This document shows, piece after piece, positions 1 through 17,139 of a DNA stretch of 64,000 nucleotides. Both the position numbers and the translations under genes were made by a program. Each line of letters begins with the position of its first letter. Positions within the stretch are counted from its first letter, which is position 1. The notes under the pieces were generated by a model, which worked only from the letters and a program-made list of their open reading frames with translations, was not told where the DNA came from and did not search any database. Source of the DNA: Phoronis australis (taxonomy: Eukaryota; Animalia; Phoronida); contig NMRA01000116.1 of assembly GCA_002633005.1 (NCBI GenBank), forward strand, positions 44,483 to 108,482, in the 5' to 3' direction.

Positions 1-366
1 TGGAAGTTTTACCTTAAAGAAGTTGCGTTCTTGAGAATCTGCCCGCCTTTGTGTCACACTAAGTGACTGAAAGTTAGTCTCCCTATCCCAGGATTTGAAA
101 AAAATCGTTACTTTAGGTTTTTTGAGTGCTGCACATGATTTAAATTCTCTGAGTTTCAAGCAACTTCCAAGACTTTTGATTCGTATAGTCCAAGTTCATA
201 TTGGTCATTACAGCCATAACCTTGTAAGTAGGACTATCTGCCCTGGGTATGAGTTTCCTCAGTTCAAACTAAGGTCAAAGGTCAAGGTCATCGACATCTA
301 TTGTTAGTCACTCTCTCCAAGACTCATTGGGGAGTGCAGCAGCTCACTGTCCTTTGATAATTTCAG

Positions 367-4951
<4,585 letters not shown>

Positions 4952-7900
4952 ATATTACTTGAAGAAGTACCACTTGAATATTGTACACATACTGTCGTGA
5001 ATGGTTTATTTCTGTGCACATTTGCTCAATGAATGGCTGAAATTGAAGTAAAACTTACTTCTGGCCAGTGACAAATGATTAAAACGCCACATAGAGGTTC
5101 TGCGTCGGTGTAGCTATTTATTGTCACTGCTAAAGGTGACTGAGCCCAAAGCTTGTGCCAATAAGTATTTGTGCTGACTATTTAAATACTTTTAAATTCA
5201 AATGTTGTAGCCTCAATATCTTTAATTAGTTTGCTAATGTTGCTGTTTCTTTTTTTATTCTTTTTTCATTAAAAATCCATCATTATGTTTATCAGAGAAT
5301 GATAATGTGTTGCCACACCATGTCATGTTTCTAAAGTGCACTTACTAAATTCCATTATTTAGATTGTTGGAATATTGCTCTCCTAGGCATGTGGACTGTT
5401 TTAAATTGCTGACATTGTCTCTCAGTAGATGAGGTGTTTGCAGTTATTTAACTGTTTTTTTTAACTATATGCACAAAAACGTTTAATTGAAACAGTCTTT
5501 AAATCTTTTTGGCTGATTTTCAATTTTCATATCAGTGTTATCATTTATCTTATGTACTTAAATGTCTCCAAGTTGTCCTGTATTATGTCTTCTCTTTGAT
5601 TTTTTCAGTTAATTTTTTCATATAGTCATACTGCCTGTATATCACCTGTGATTAGTTGTCACAAGATATATGATATTGTGCTAAAAAATAAATAACCAAG
5701 TGATAAAACTATAATATACTGGAACTCGTTTACACGGTACTTTGGACATTGAAGGCCATATAAGGTGTGAATAAAATTCTCGCCTTATTTCAATAATAAA
5801 GGACAATGAAACATGTGCACACAGCGCACACAGCAGGAGTCAGCTGTATAACCACAACAGGAAGGTCAAAGGTCAGATTTCAGGATGACAATGACACTGC
5901 TAGAGAAAACCAAGGAATGTGACACCAGATGATGTGATTATATGAAAAATTGGTGGTTAAACTGGAAAAATCAAAGTTAAGTAGGAAGTTTAATGAGACT
6001 TATTGGCCTATAAAAGAAGGTTACTGTCAACTTATCTTATGATGTGTAAACATACTTAAACTACTCTAATAGAATCTGCTGAGGGTATTTCGGTTGGAGC
6101 TTAAATAATATCAAACTTTACTGTGATATAGAATATTGTTTGGGTTTTAGTGTAATTGTTTTTTTTTTAGATTTTCATCAATTGTATTCTTAAACTTAAG
6201 TTTTTTACAAAGTATATTCGTCAACGGTCACGTGATAAAGGATTTGGTGAAATTATACTGTGCAAGGATTATCAATCTGTCAACTTAAAGTTAACATCAA
6301 GTTTCAAAAGAAATTGCAGTTTTCTACTGCATCCGTTTTGTAAGTTTAAAACATTTTGACTTGATGTATTGTACTTGTGTATATTTTCTGGTCAGATTGC
6401 TTTGGTCAGTGTTACTTTTGAATCTCTTTGTAGCATGTGTGAGTTTTGTCTTTTGGAAATATTCAAGTTTTTGTAAATAGTTTTGTGGAGGGAAACGCTA
6501 ACATTCCATAAAAAGCATATGTTGTGCTGCACTGGAAGTTTATTATTAAAAGAATTTCATTAAGATTATTGTTAACATGTCATATGTATTTATATATATT
6601 GTAACAGGGTTTGACATTAAATAGCATTTTCCTAGTGTAACAAAGGATGGATTTCATACTTGAAAAGATGTTAAAATGCTTTCCACTGATGGAAAATACT
6701 TTTTAGGGTAGTTGCTCTTACTAAGGTAGGCCATGCTTGCATTAGGCCTAACAAAATCCAGCCATAGCTGACCTTGGCTCCAATTTGTTTTCATTTGGAT
6801 AAGCAGCCAAAATTTGGCCTTGACAGTGGTGATGTCTGTACCAAGTATATTTTTGTATTGTCTTGTGCTATAATAAACAAAGGAATGCAAGCAACATTCT
6901 TAATGTTTTTAGTTTTTATTTTCCCCGCATGTACAGATGTCATCTGTATGGTGTTCTTCTGAATCAGCTGTAACTCTCAAACCCATTACAGGAACTTCGT
7001 GAAATTTGGCAGATGTGCTGCTGTGAGTTGGAATATTTTGTGGGCCAGTGGCTGGTTGGATGAAATGGACACAGTAGGGAATCACTATATTTTCTGAATT
7101 TCAGCACGTTTGTGAACTTACTTAACTACTACTATCATGTCTTTATTGGGAGCCTTTTTGCATACATTTTCTAATCATTATGTCCGAAAACCAGGCCTCC
7201 TTATACATAACCAGAACATAAATGGGGACCGAGTCTTTATTACCAGGTTGATGAAGAAAAGACCCTTATTTATGTTAACAATCTCGAGAACTCGACTATT
7301 TCTCATTATTTATCAAAGCTAAAACTTGATGTAGCTGAAGAAAGGGCAATCGGTTCACAAATGCTCAGACGATTTAGGGAACTGCCACGTCTCTGTTAGG
7401 ACTGTGTCGTGAAACTGGCAATAGAAGCCCCAGAGCCAGTATTCAGGTCTAGAACCGCGTGATTGTTGCTTAATATTAGCCTCGTCCGTTTCATTACCAG
7501 GCCATGGGTCCAAGGCCACAGAAGGGTTATCAAATTACTTCTGTGACCATTTGTGGGTGATTTTTATTTTGATGCTTTTCATATCATGAACCATTGTATG
7601 ATACAAAAGTAAAAATTTTTAATGTTCAAATTTGCACATTTCCAAAAAATTTGACGATTAATTTGGCTAATTTCAATATAACAGAATGTATTCAAAACTG
7701 AAATTACCGTAGACGTCCGAAAGAGATGATATTGGAAATATTTTCATAAAAACATGGTATTATTTTATCTCATTAAAATCCAACTTTATGGCACTTCCAT
7801 TACTGAATTAGTTGAAATTTGGAACCGCCATTCCAAACATTTAATGCTACCAGGAAGAGATCTCTTCCTGATGCTACGATTGAAGTTGTAACCAGAAATA

Positions 7901-9201
7901 CATTACCACGCTAACGTTTGGAATATTTTTAATCTATCTGAAACCAGCAAAAAAGTTGTTTTTATTCAAATATAACAAGTTTCAGGTGGCAGTCGTGCCA
8001 AAAAGTCCTCGTTTTCTTCTTTACTTCCACTGGCGACAGAAAACGTGGGAATACCGGTACTGTACGGTTACACCAGCATATGTAATTACCAAATGGCGAT
8101 AGAAAATTGCTGTTTGCAGAGTAACAGATTACGCCAACGAAAAGATTCTGTTACCCTCATAATAATAGTGTTTTGTGAATACAACTTCGAAGGCAACACC
8201 CTGTCCTCAAGCGACGACCACTCCTGAGATAATATGACCCTGCATCCCTTCACTCGTCATAGTGAAGTCAACCGCTTAGCTGTCACCATGCGAATTTTAA
8301 CAGCGTCAGTGCGATTACAAGTCGTCGTGCGCACCCAACTGAGATATCCCAGAACCCAAGTGCCGCACTACTACGTTTGCGTACCCGTATTTGTACTTGG
8401 TTGATCAGGGGCTTATTACACTGCCTTGGCCGACTACCATTTTTACGCCATCCCCAATCGTCACCCGCACTCTAGCTCCTCTAGCCTCCGATAGTTCCCC
8501 CTTATTTCTAAGCCAATGTCGTATTTTTAAATTGGATACTTATCAATAGCTCCCCAATTTGTTGTTTGCCCAAGTTTACATTAAACTTTCCCTAAATAAT
8601 TACCCTCCCCCGAGCCTAGTGCCTGTGAACGCTTATGTTTCGGTGCAATTGTTACGGGTACGGAGTGTTGTGAATTTTGAATCTTGGAATCTGTTTTCAT
8701 TCACAAAAATTCCATTTCCCATCGTTTTTTTAGTCCCAACATCGCAACGGACGAATGTGCGGTTTCCTGGACATAACTTTGGTAGCCTATCACTTTGCGT
8801 TGCTCTTTGGAAAAACGGAGCCACTCTACATAGTGCCATGTATATATGGCAAACCTTAGTTTCAGTAACCCCGCCACGCCTGTCTGCAATTTTGGAACTG
8901 GCTAAACAATGAGGTCGGGAATTTTTTTTCGAAATTGCTAAGATCCTTTTCATGAACTTGGCGTGACTGAACGAAGTCCAACAACTTGACTGCAGATGCC
9001 GCTTATGATGGGATCGGATGTGATATGTCCTTGCACGGGTTCAAGCGCGACTCACAGGGACACCATCGGCGTGAAAATGATTTTCCGAAATCACTGAGCC
9101 TAATCCGCGCGGGACCTGGTCGCGCCACTGCAACTAAGAGGGTTAATTAATTGCTGTACTGACCGTAGAGAGGGCAGCAATGGCCATAGAGCGACATATT
9201 A

Positions 9202-10200
9202 CAGTGGCGGATCTAGGATATCACAAGGGGGGGCCCAACATTTTGTCCGGCTGTAAGCATTTGCGCAAACTGAACCACGATTGTAGATGCACGTCATAGC
9301 ACCGAATGGGGGGAGGTCGGGAGGGGGGTTTGCCCCAGGACATTTTTCTGTTTTTACTTCTACTAAATCAAGCATTTTCCTCGATTCCTGAAGTATTATC
9401 CAAGAAAAAAGGAAAAAAACACAGAGAACGTGTCAAACAGGAAAAACAGAAATTACCAAAGACACGAACTCACGACCTCGCGGATAGAGCGCGCGTGCAT
9501 TACCACTACACCAACACGATTTAACTACTAATGTCCTACTAAAAGACCTACCTGTTTATGGTCCACAGTGTTTGCGCGCGAAACCTACTTCTTTTCGTAA
9601 TGCTTAATACACGTTTTATATTTTGTGCCACGAATTCTTAACAAATTTGTCGTATTTAAAATAGTCTTCAAATGCCCAAAAGACCAAATCCGTTTTTTGT
9701 GTTGGCAATAATGACGGGATTGCTTTGGAAATCGTCTTAAGATAAGGTTTGACAAAGAGAGTATTGCGAGTTTCTGAGTGATTCATTAAGGCTTCGATTA
9801 AAATTCACATCTTACCAGCAGCTTCTGTTTTCTCATCGTCACTCAGGTTCCATTCTCTTTAAAAAATGAAGTAAATTTTCTTCATTGCACAGTGGAGCAG
9901 ACGACGAAAACGGAGTCGTAGTGCGCAGCGCCACTGCCGGTCGCCTGGGATATCGCGGGAGAGCCTATATTTAGCCATAGTTCCGTTACAAATGCGCCGT
10001 GTTCCGAATTTGACACTTGAAATTGGGGTTTGAGCCCCCCCAAACACTAAAACTGCACACATTTTAATCTTTTTTCATCCGTATAATTTTAATTACCGGA
10101 GTTAATTAATAAACTCACCATTTCCCTACGCTCTTACTGTTTTATTTTTTTTGGCGGCAGCCAAGGGGGGGGCGGCGGGCCCCCCCTAAATCCGCCTATG
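9202..10200. mobile_element. Non-autonomous DNA transposon, hAT-like termini
   Basis: Starts CAGTGGCGGAT and ends ATCCGCCTATG (inverted), with G/C-run subtermini. No clear 8-bp TSD. Confidence 0.55.
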
Positions 10201-12289
10201 TTATTGCCAGGGATTATCATTTTTTTATTTTACTTATCTGTATTCACTATATTTACTTGTAATTGTATTAGTCATAATAAACGACCTTATATCGACTACC
10301 TCGGTCTCTTTTTCATCTGTGGTAACGAGCTTGGGACTCACGTATCATTTATATCTTATTCGGGACATGTGTTGATCATAAAGACGAGAACCGGAGCTAA
10401 GCGAGATAATTCGTTATGACGCCGGCATAAAAAGAAGCTCAAATGTAACTAGCAAGTCGTAAAAGACGCCGCAAATAGTGCGGTATTTCGTGATGTCAGT
10501 GACGATTACTTTTAAAGGATGAATTCCATCATATAGTGACTAAATCGGCAATTTCGGACTTTGCCCTGCGTAGCGTGGCTCGTCATACTTTGCATATGCA
10601 ACCGATACCTTGCCGGGCTGGCAGACGCTATTTTTAGTTTTCCTTTTGGTCAACGAGGGCAGCTCTCAAAATGAGTTGGGGTACAGACCAGAAGCAATGC
10701 TTCTTCGGGCCCAACATGTCCATATCTTTTTGCGTTTTTGACCCTACCCATTTCACGTTCGGGTTTGCAGACAATATTGAGGCGATGGACTTACTCTACA
10801 TGACTGAGACCGTGACGTCTGTTTTCAAATCTTGCCAAGGGGTTCATGCTGTTGCTGGAAAATACAGCTGACTTAGGCAAACACAAAATTGTAAATATTT
10901 AGTGGCGAACGCTTTACGAAAGGATTTAATATACATTGTATGACTAACACAAAACTTGGGACTCACTATTTTGAACTTGAAATGACGCTTGAATTATAAC
11001 GGATCACTTGTCAGCGTTCGTTCCCTTAAACGCTCACTGAATGCAGTACCGTTGACAACATCGCTCTGGTAGACGAAGTTTGAGTATGTGGCGAATGAAA
11101 AGAAATTAACATTTCCAGTTTAACTGCATGGCATGACAGTTTATTTACTTAATAAACACGCAATACGCAGAAAGTACAGCACTCATGTTAGCGGCCAAAT
11201 ACAGGTATCAAAATAACTAAGTAAAAGTATACATTTTATGAAAGTAAAAAGCCTGTAGAATGTATTGATAGTGACATTTTACCCCCTGCAGTCAAGTTGG
11301 GACGCGTGACCATGTCTCTACAGTAAAAGTCAGCCCCACAAGACACCGATAACAACAGCTATATCATGGCAAAATTTCATTTGTACCAGATCATATCTCA
11401 AAAACGCTGTTTCAGTTTTCAAGAACATTTCTTTTTCATTTTATGCAATCTTTTCATAAAGGTATTGTTTTTGATTGCCCTCATACAAAACTTGATTACT
11501 AACATTGTATTTGAGTACATTGCATATATCTGAAACTTCCACACCAATCAGCAGACATTTCCGAGATATAAAAGGTTCGGAAGTTAGCCAAATTTGGACA
11601 TTAATTAGTTAAGGTCCTTGACCACCTAAAACATTCGACATGTGAAAATTTCTTAATGCTTCACACAACAAACAAATTACCCGTCTAGAATATAGTGCTC
11701 TCAATACAACATAGTTGGGTTGAACGGATACAAGAACAACTATAATGTACTCACACTCTACTTTATAGTGCATCTGCAGGCGCTTCTCTGCGTGAACTTA
11801 GAATCTTGCTTAATCAAGACGCGGATGCGTGAATTTGGAATACATGAGGAAGCATGACAAGTTCACTCAAATAATCTCGTTGGCATTGATAAAAACTTGC
11901 ACTGCACTAAATCAAATTACATGTTAATAAAATAACCTAAATTTTAACCCATCTTTTTCAACTATTACCAATATCATTCACCAAACAATAAATAATTTCA
12001 CCATTCACACATTCCTCGATTCTTTGACACACGTTATCCTAAATGAGAAAATGTGTGATCACGAGGCCAATAATAACACAAAATCTTTACACTGAACAAA
12101 AATTTCACCTGATTGCCCAAATGAATATTCTATTTCAAGTTCATGCACATGCGATCTTGAGATTAAACAGGAGATTCCATTAGTTCACGCACAGCAGGTG
12201 CTCATAACTAACACAATTATTATACGAATGGCCGATTGATGGCATATGAATTACGAAGAATTTAGTATTCAAGACTCTACAAGGGGTTT

Positions 12290-13050
12290 AAACCCCTTGT
12301 AGGATTTTGTGAAATTTGGCAAGTGTATTCCAGCGCGACAAACGATGGCGTTGACTGTCTGACGATTCTGACTACCAGTTTGCTCCCTTGAGTTCATTTT
12401 TTAACATTTTTCTCTTTATCATCAGAGCTCTTTGATGGACTTTCTTTCCAATTTGGCAAATAGATTTCCATTGAGGACACAATGATACCAATTCTCATAT
12501 TCAGACACATTCAACATATCGTATTTTAAATCATCTAGACACCAGTTTCATTTTTATTGTTGGCGTCCCACTCTCCATCAGTCAAACTGGTAGAAAGGCC
12601 ATTATTATGGAAATTGGGCATCCTGTGACCTACTGCCGGAGATTACAGACATCGTGTGCCCTACTGAGATCACAGGCATCGTGTGCCCTACTGAGATCAC
12701 AGCTGACAAGCCATGATGCAGTATTTTGGCAACCCAAGATGGCAAATTATTTTTGTGCCTGTGGTTCAGTATATACCAAGTTCATTGGACCTATAATGAG
12801 TAAAGTACTGTGATTGATGTTCATGAAATTTAGCAAATAAGTCACTATCATGAGGACACCAACGCCTGCCTTCGTTCAGGCGGATTTGACCTAGCTGCGC
12901 CCCCTAGTGGTCTTTTGGTTACTTTTGCGACATGTTTTCACCGGCTATCTCCCTATCCATGAAACTAAGGTGCAGGTTGTGTTCCTATATGCTCAGCGTA
13001 CTCTAGAGGACGTTCTTTTGTTTCTTAAGTGCTGCTCCCTCTAATGAAAA
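12290..13050 (-). repeat. Diverged reverse-orientation fragment of the CCACTAG-motif (HINE) repeat family
   Basis: Contains GCGCCCCCTAGTGG and TTCATGAAATTT(G/A)GCA segments, the reverse complement of the 30.8-34.3 kb repeat. Confidence 0.45.
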
Positions 13051-13164
13051 TGGCTAAAATAATGATCATCTCTTGTATCTGTATACTACAAAGCACATGG
13101 TGGGGGCATATCAATGCTCTGTGTTGTTCTAAATGTTAAATATTTAGAGAGCAAAAGACAAAGA

Positions 13165-16100
13165 TCATTCTTCTTTTTCTATAAAAGGCAGTTTACCATT
13201 ACTATAGTAGTCGTAGGGTGTGCTTGTGTATCTTATAACATACTCCGGGTAATATTGCCTATTTTCGAATATCACAAAAATATAGGGATCTACCATTTGA
13301 TTGACAACACTGTCGTACAGCAAGGAACCTTTCTCAGAACCAACGGGTGGCGGTCTCTTCATACCCCGCTCACCCTTTGTGAACTTACCCACGACCACAC
13401 TACACACAAACATGTCAAACTGTTTGTTACTCTCTATACCAGGTCGAGGTGGTGGAATGCAAGATGTGTCCACCTTCTTTGTGTCTGTATAATGAAAACT
13501 AGGACATCCATCTGGCAGGACACTGGGCGGTACTTGCGAAGAACCAAGACCAGGCTCGACATCAACTTGAGGAAAAGGCCAGCCAAAATAGTATTGAGTG
13601 ACGGAGACCCCGGTACGTCCGAGTAGCTGCTTGGCTCCAGAGTCAGCCGCAATAACATTTGCCTCAGGAGGAGTTGGGGTACATCTTACCTCAGAAGCTG
13701 AAAAGTAGAGGAATGGAAGTCAGCTATTAGCTTAGATTGAATACCCGGCCTCATGCTATTAAGCTTACAGAATTCATGTGACAATAATGGTGTCCTAATT
13801 TATGCTCAATAAGTAAAGGAAATCAGTAATTGAATTAGAAAACACATAAATGTCTTTATACAGCAGGTGATATACATCCGTCTGTACATCCACACAAATG
13901 TGCAGAAACAATGGTAACAATGTCTATATCAGACATCGGTACCAACCAATTGTACGTAAACAACATCATTTCAACCGTATTCGAGCATATTTTGTGTGCA
14001 GAAAAGTCAGACATTAGAAAGATGTTTATGATCGACATATGTCCCGAATAAAGATAAATGATACGTGCATCGCAAGCTCGTTACCAGAGATGGAAAGGAG
14101 ACAGAGGTAGGCGATATAAGGTCATTTATTATGACTATTACAATTACAATAACGTATAATAGGTAATCTATGGTAAGATGGGTAATAAAAAGCGCCGGCC
14201 ACGTGGAAGTACGAGAGACTGACGAAAACTGGGAGGAAGAGGGTGGGAAAATTGAACTTAGTTATGATGTACGACAATGTGGCCGGAACAAGGTGAACTG
14301 AAAGAGAGGTTACAATAACAAAGAAAAACGCCCCTAAAGACATGTGACAATCGTCAGCCTATAAGAGCCAAGAGCTGACCAAACTCGAGGCACGTGATAA
14401 CAGCAGACCGCACTGCGAAGGCTGGGAGGCGACGTGTAGTCCTGCACAAAGGAATAATGGAATAGACCGAGATGATGGGGAAAAGGAGTAAGACGAGTCC
14501 ATATGCTCACATAAATATATTTAACGAGTGAAATACCATTTACTTTAAGGTCATTATAAACCAGAATCGTTGAATATATGAAATGCTGTAAAGAAAGCAC
14601 TAACAAGCCAGGAGTAACACAACACAAGTGGTCAAAGCAACATGACACCTGGACAGGTTAGACCAGCAAAAAGATCAAGAAAGCCATGTATATGAAACTT
14701 GCTAGTCAATGCCCTCAGTCAGCAACCAGGATGAGACTCCTAGTAGCCCTTCTTATGGAATTAAGACATATGAGTATATAAAAGTATAAGAATATAAAAA
14801 AATTCTTCAAGAAGAGTAGTAAAAAAATTAGCGAAATTTTGCACCAATTTTTTTGACTAATTGTGAAAATAATTTACGGTTACTTTCATCTACTTTTTGG
14901 AAATCTACTGAAATTAAACTTCCTCAATGGTCTAATGATTGTGTGCTGGAATGACAACTGACCAAGGTCAATGGTTCAAACCTATCCTTACCGGAAGAAA
15001 AACGAAAAAATCCGAAAAAATGCTGATCGTTGACCACAATGAGTATACCAGATACTTGAGCTCGACCTTCTATGAATGCCTGTAACACCTGAATAGGGCT
15101 GCACAAATTATCAACGAAACAAAATGTATGTCATGCCAATCAATCCATGTAAACATACTAGAGGTTAAAAAATAGATCAACAAATTTCTGAAGTTGACCA
15201 AACTTACGCTAAGCAACCTCCTGATAATGTTGACCTTGTGTCTGCAAAATATAACCAAGTATGTTTGTATTGAGATACTGCGGTGGTGTTTTAAGTACAC
15301 GAACCTTGGAGTTTACTGTTCTTTGAGCTATAGCTGTGAGAGTAACACGCATAACTGGCAAAGTAGGTTCCTGAAAATATTATAGAACACATTAGCGGAG
15401 TCGCAAAGTCTTGGTCCTACTAAAGTATGGCATACTGTCCAGTGAAATATACTTTTACAGATCAGTTTTGCCCACAAGCAGGGCTTGACAAAAAAGAGGA
15501 AATTTTTACAGCCCTAAATACACATTTCAATCTAAACCATACCTCAACAGATCGAAAGTAAATATTAGTATCACAAGATCATGTTACTGTGTCGTGTTGG
15601 CAAAACGCACTCATCTTAAGCAGTACCTGACATCTATTTCAGCAACAACAATGATGGCAATTAGATGCAACAAAAGATATTTTTTAAAATAAAAATAATA
15701 AAGATAATGATGAAAAAATTGAAATGTGAGTGGCAGGAGCTTATTCTTGATTTGCTGCAGGGAGACCTACAAAATTATAATTACGATACAAAATTACAAA
15801 AAATTGAAAATCGATCCATAGATTATCTAGAAAGCCTGAAATACATACACATTTAATTCCAACAAACAATTTAATTTCAACGCAAATGGAAAAAAGTCAA
15901 AACGAAAACCTGTGGCTCATACCCCAACTGTTAGCATGGAAAAATGAAAGTCAAAAATAACATACTTTAAACTATAGAATGCATTAATCACAATCCTAAG
16001 TTGGCCAAACTTTTCAGTTTCAAACAGTACTTACAGGAGATAATTGTTCATACGCCACGCTGGTGTAGAAGAAACTATATGACAAGAAATAACTACCAAG

Positions 16101-17139
16101 ACACTGAAAATAGGCTGGCAGAATTTGTAAACAATGGCTTAGACCAATAAGATCATTCAGAATCTGTCACGTGATCACTCAAGTCACAAAATAGAACATG
16201 AAAAATGTCAAAATAAATTGAAATCGGACGTCTGGCACATGCTACATTTTTCAGTGTTACGGCATTCAAGCACAGCCTATGAGGTTTTGACTATGGCCAC
16301 CTACCATCCCGTAAACCTACCAGGCTTAGCCTATAATGGTATTCATGGCATTTCAAGTGTATAATCCGCTATCATTGGGTCACAATGCATGCTTGAAATA
16401 TTTTATCAATTTGTAACCTCGAAGAAGCATCTCAATTGTGGCACAGCCATCTGTTACCTTGTCCATACACAGTTTCATTGGCACTTCCAGATAGTCGGAA
16501 ATCCAGGTTCTGTTCACATATGATGTCGGTCAGATCGGGGTTGGTGCCATGAAAGAGTTTTATCTCATTCAATGACTGTTTACCATTCTTCTGTAGCACT
16601 GCATTTCTGTGACTGTGAATAGACAATCGAACATGTAACACAGTCACCTTGCTGTAAAAAATCAAGCAGCACATGCATAACAGACTATTTCCAAAGGACA
16701 ACAACAACAACAACAACAACAACACAGTTTCGGAGAATAAAGATATTAGAATCATCTTTCAAAAGGCAAATTTTCTGCTTTATTTAGTTTAAACCATAAC
16801 TGCATCAAACAAATTTCAATGGAATTCAATTCAAGTCAAACATATTTCAAAATGACCTTCTTTCAACATTGATAGAAAATCAGCTTTTCAATGAACTCTG
16901 TAGGTCCATCAACTACACAGGTTTGTATGAAGTCACAACCCTTGTAAAACTGTATGGCTACATCTAAACAAGAATCAAATTCATAACTCCTCACATACGT
17001 ACTCAGCATAAAGTCTCCACAACTCGGGGTTCTCGACACGCTCAATGGATACGATGGTGGCACTCATAGTACGGTAGAACATGGTGGCAACTTTCTTGTA
17101 TTCTGGGGAATCACCATCTAATGTGATTCTTATGAACCC
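13165..17139 (-). CDS. PARP catalytic domain exons (PARP7/11/12-like mono-ADP-ribosyltransferase, H-Y-I triad)
   Basis: Motifs LFHGT (exon 16458-16612), YGQGTYFA (joined to exon 15305-15370), and RPPP, LYDSVVN, PYIFVIF, QYYPEYVI (last exon) match the TiPARP/PARP12-type catalytic domain. Ile stands in place of the PARP1 catalytic Glu. Confidence 0.92.

Noticed and set aside
7280-9146. Possible gene or transposase fragment (ORFs 8559-8953) and a GGG|TTAA end at 9140-9146
   Set aside because: No recognisable domain or consistent exon chain. Probably a decayed transposon, but I found no matching left end.
13114-13626. 170-aa plus-strand ORF
   Set aside because: Antisense shadow of the PARP last exon, with no recognisable motif.
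14992-16075. Two AG/GT-bounded candidate exons (about 16035-16074 and 14992-15098) that are phase-compatible with the PARP chain
   Set aside because: They lack PARP motifs. Exon 15305-15370 supplies the required GTYFA and fits both neighbours alone.
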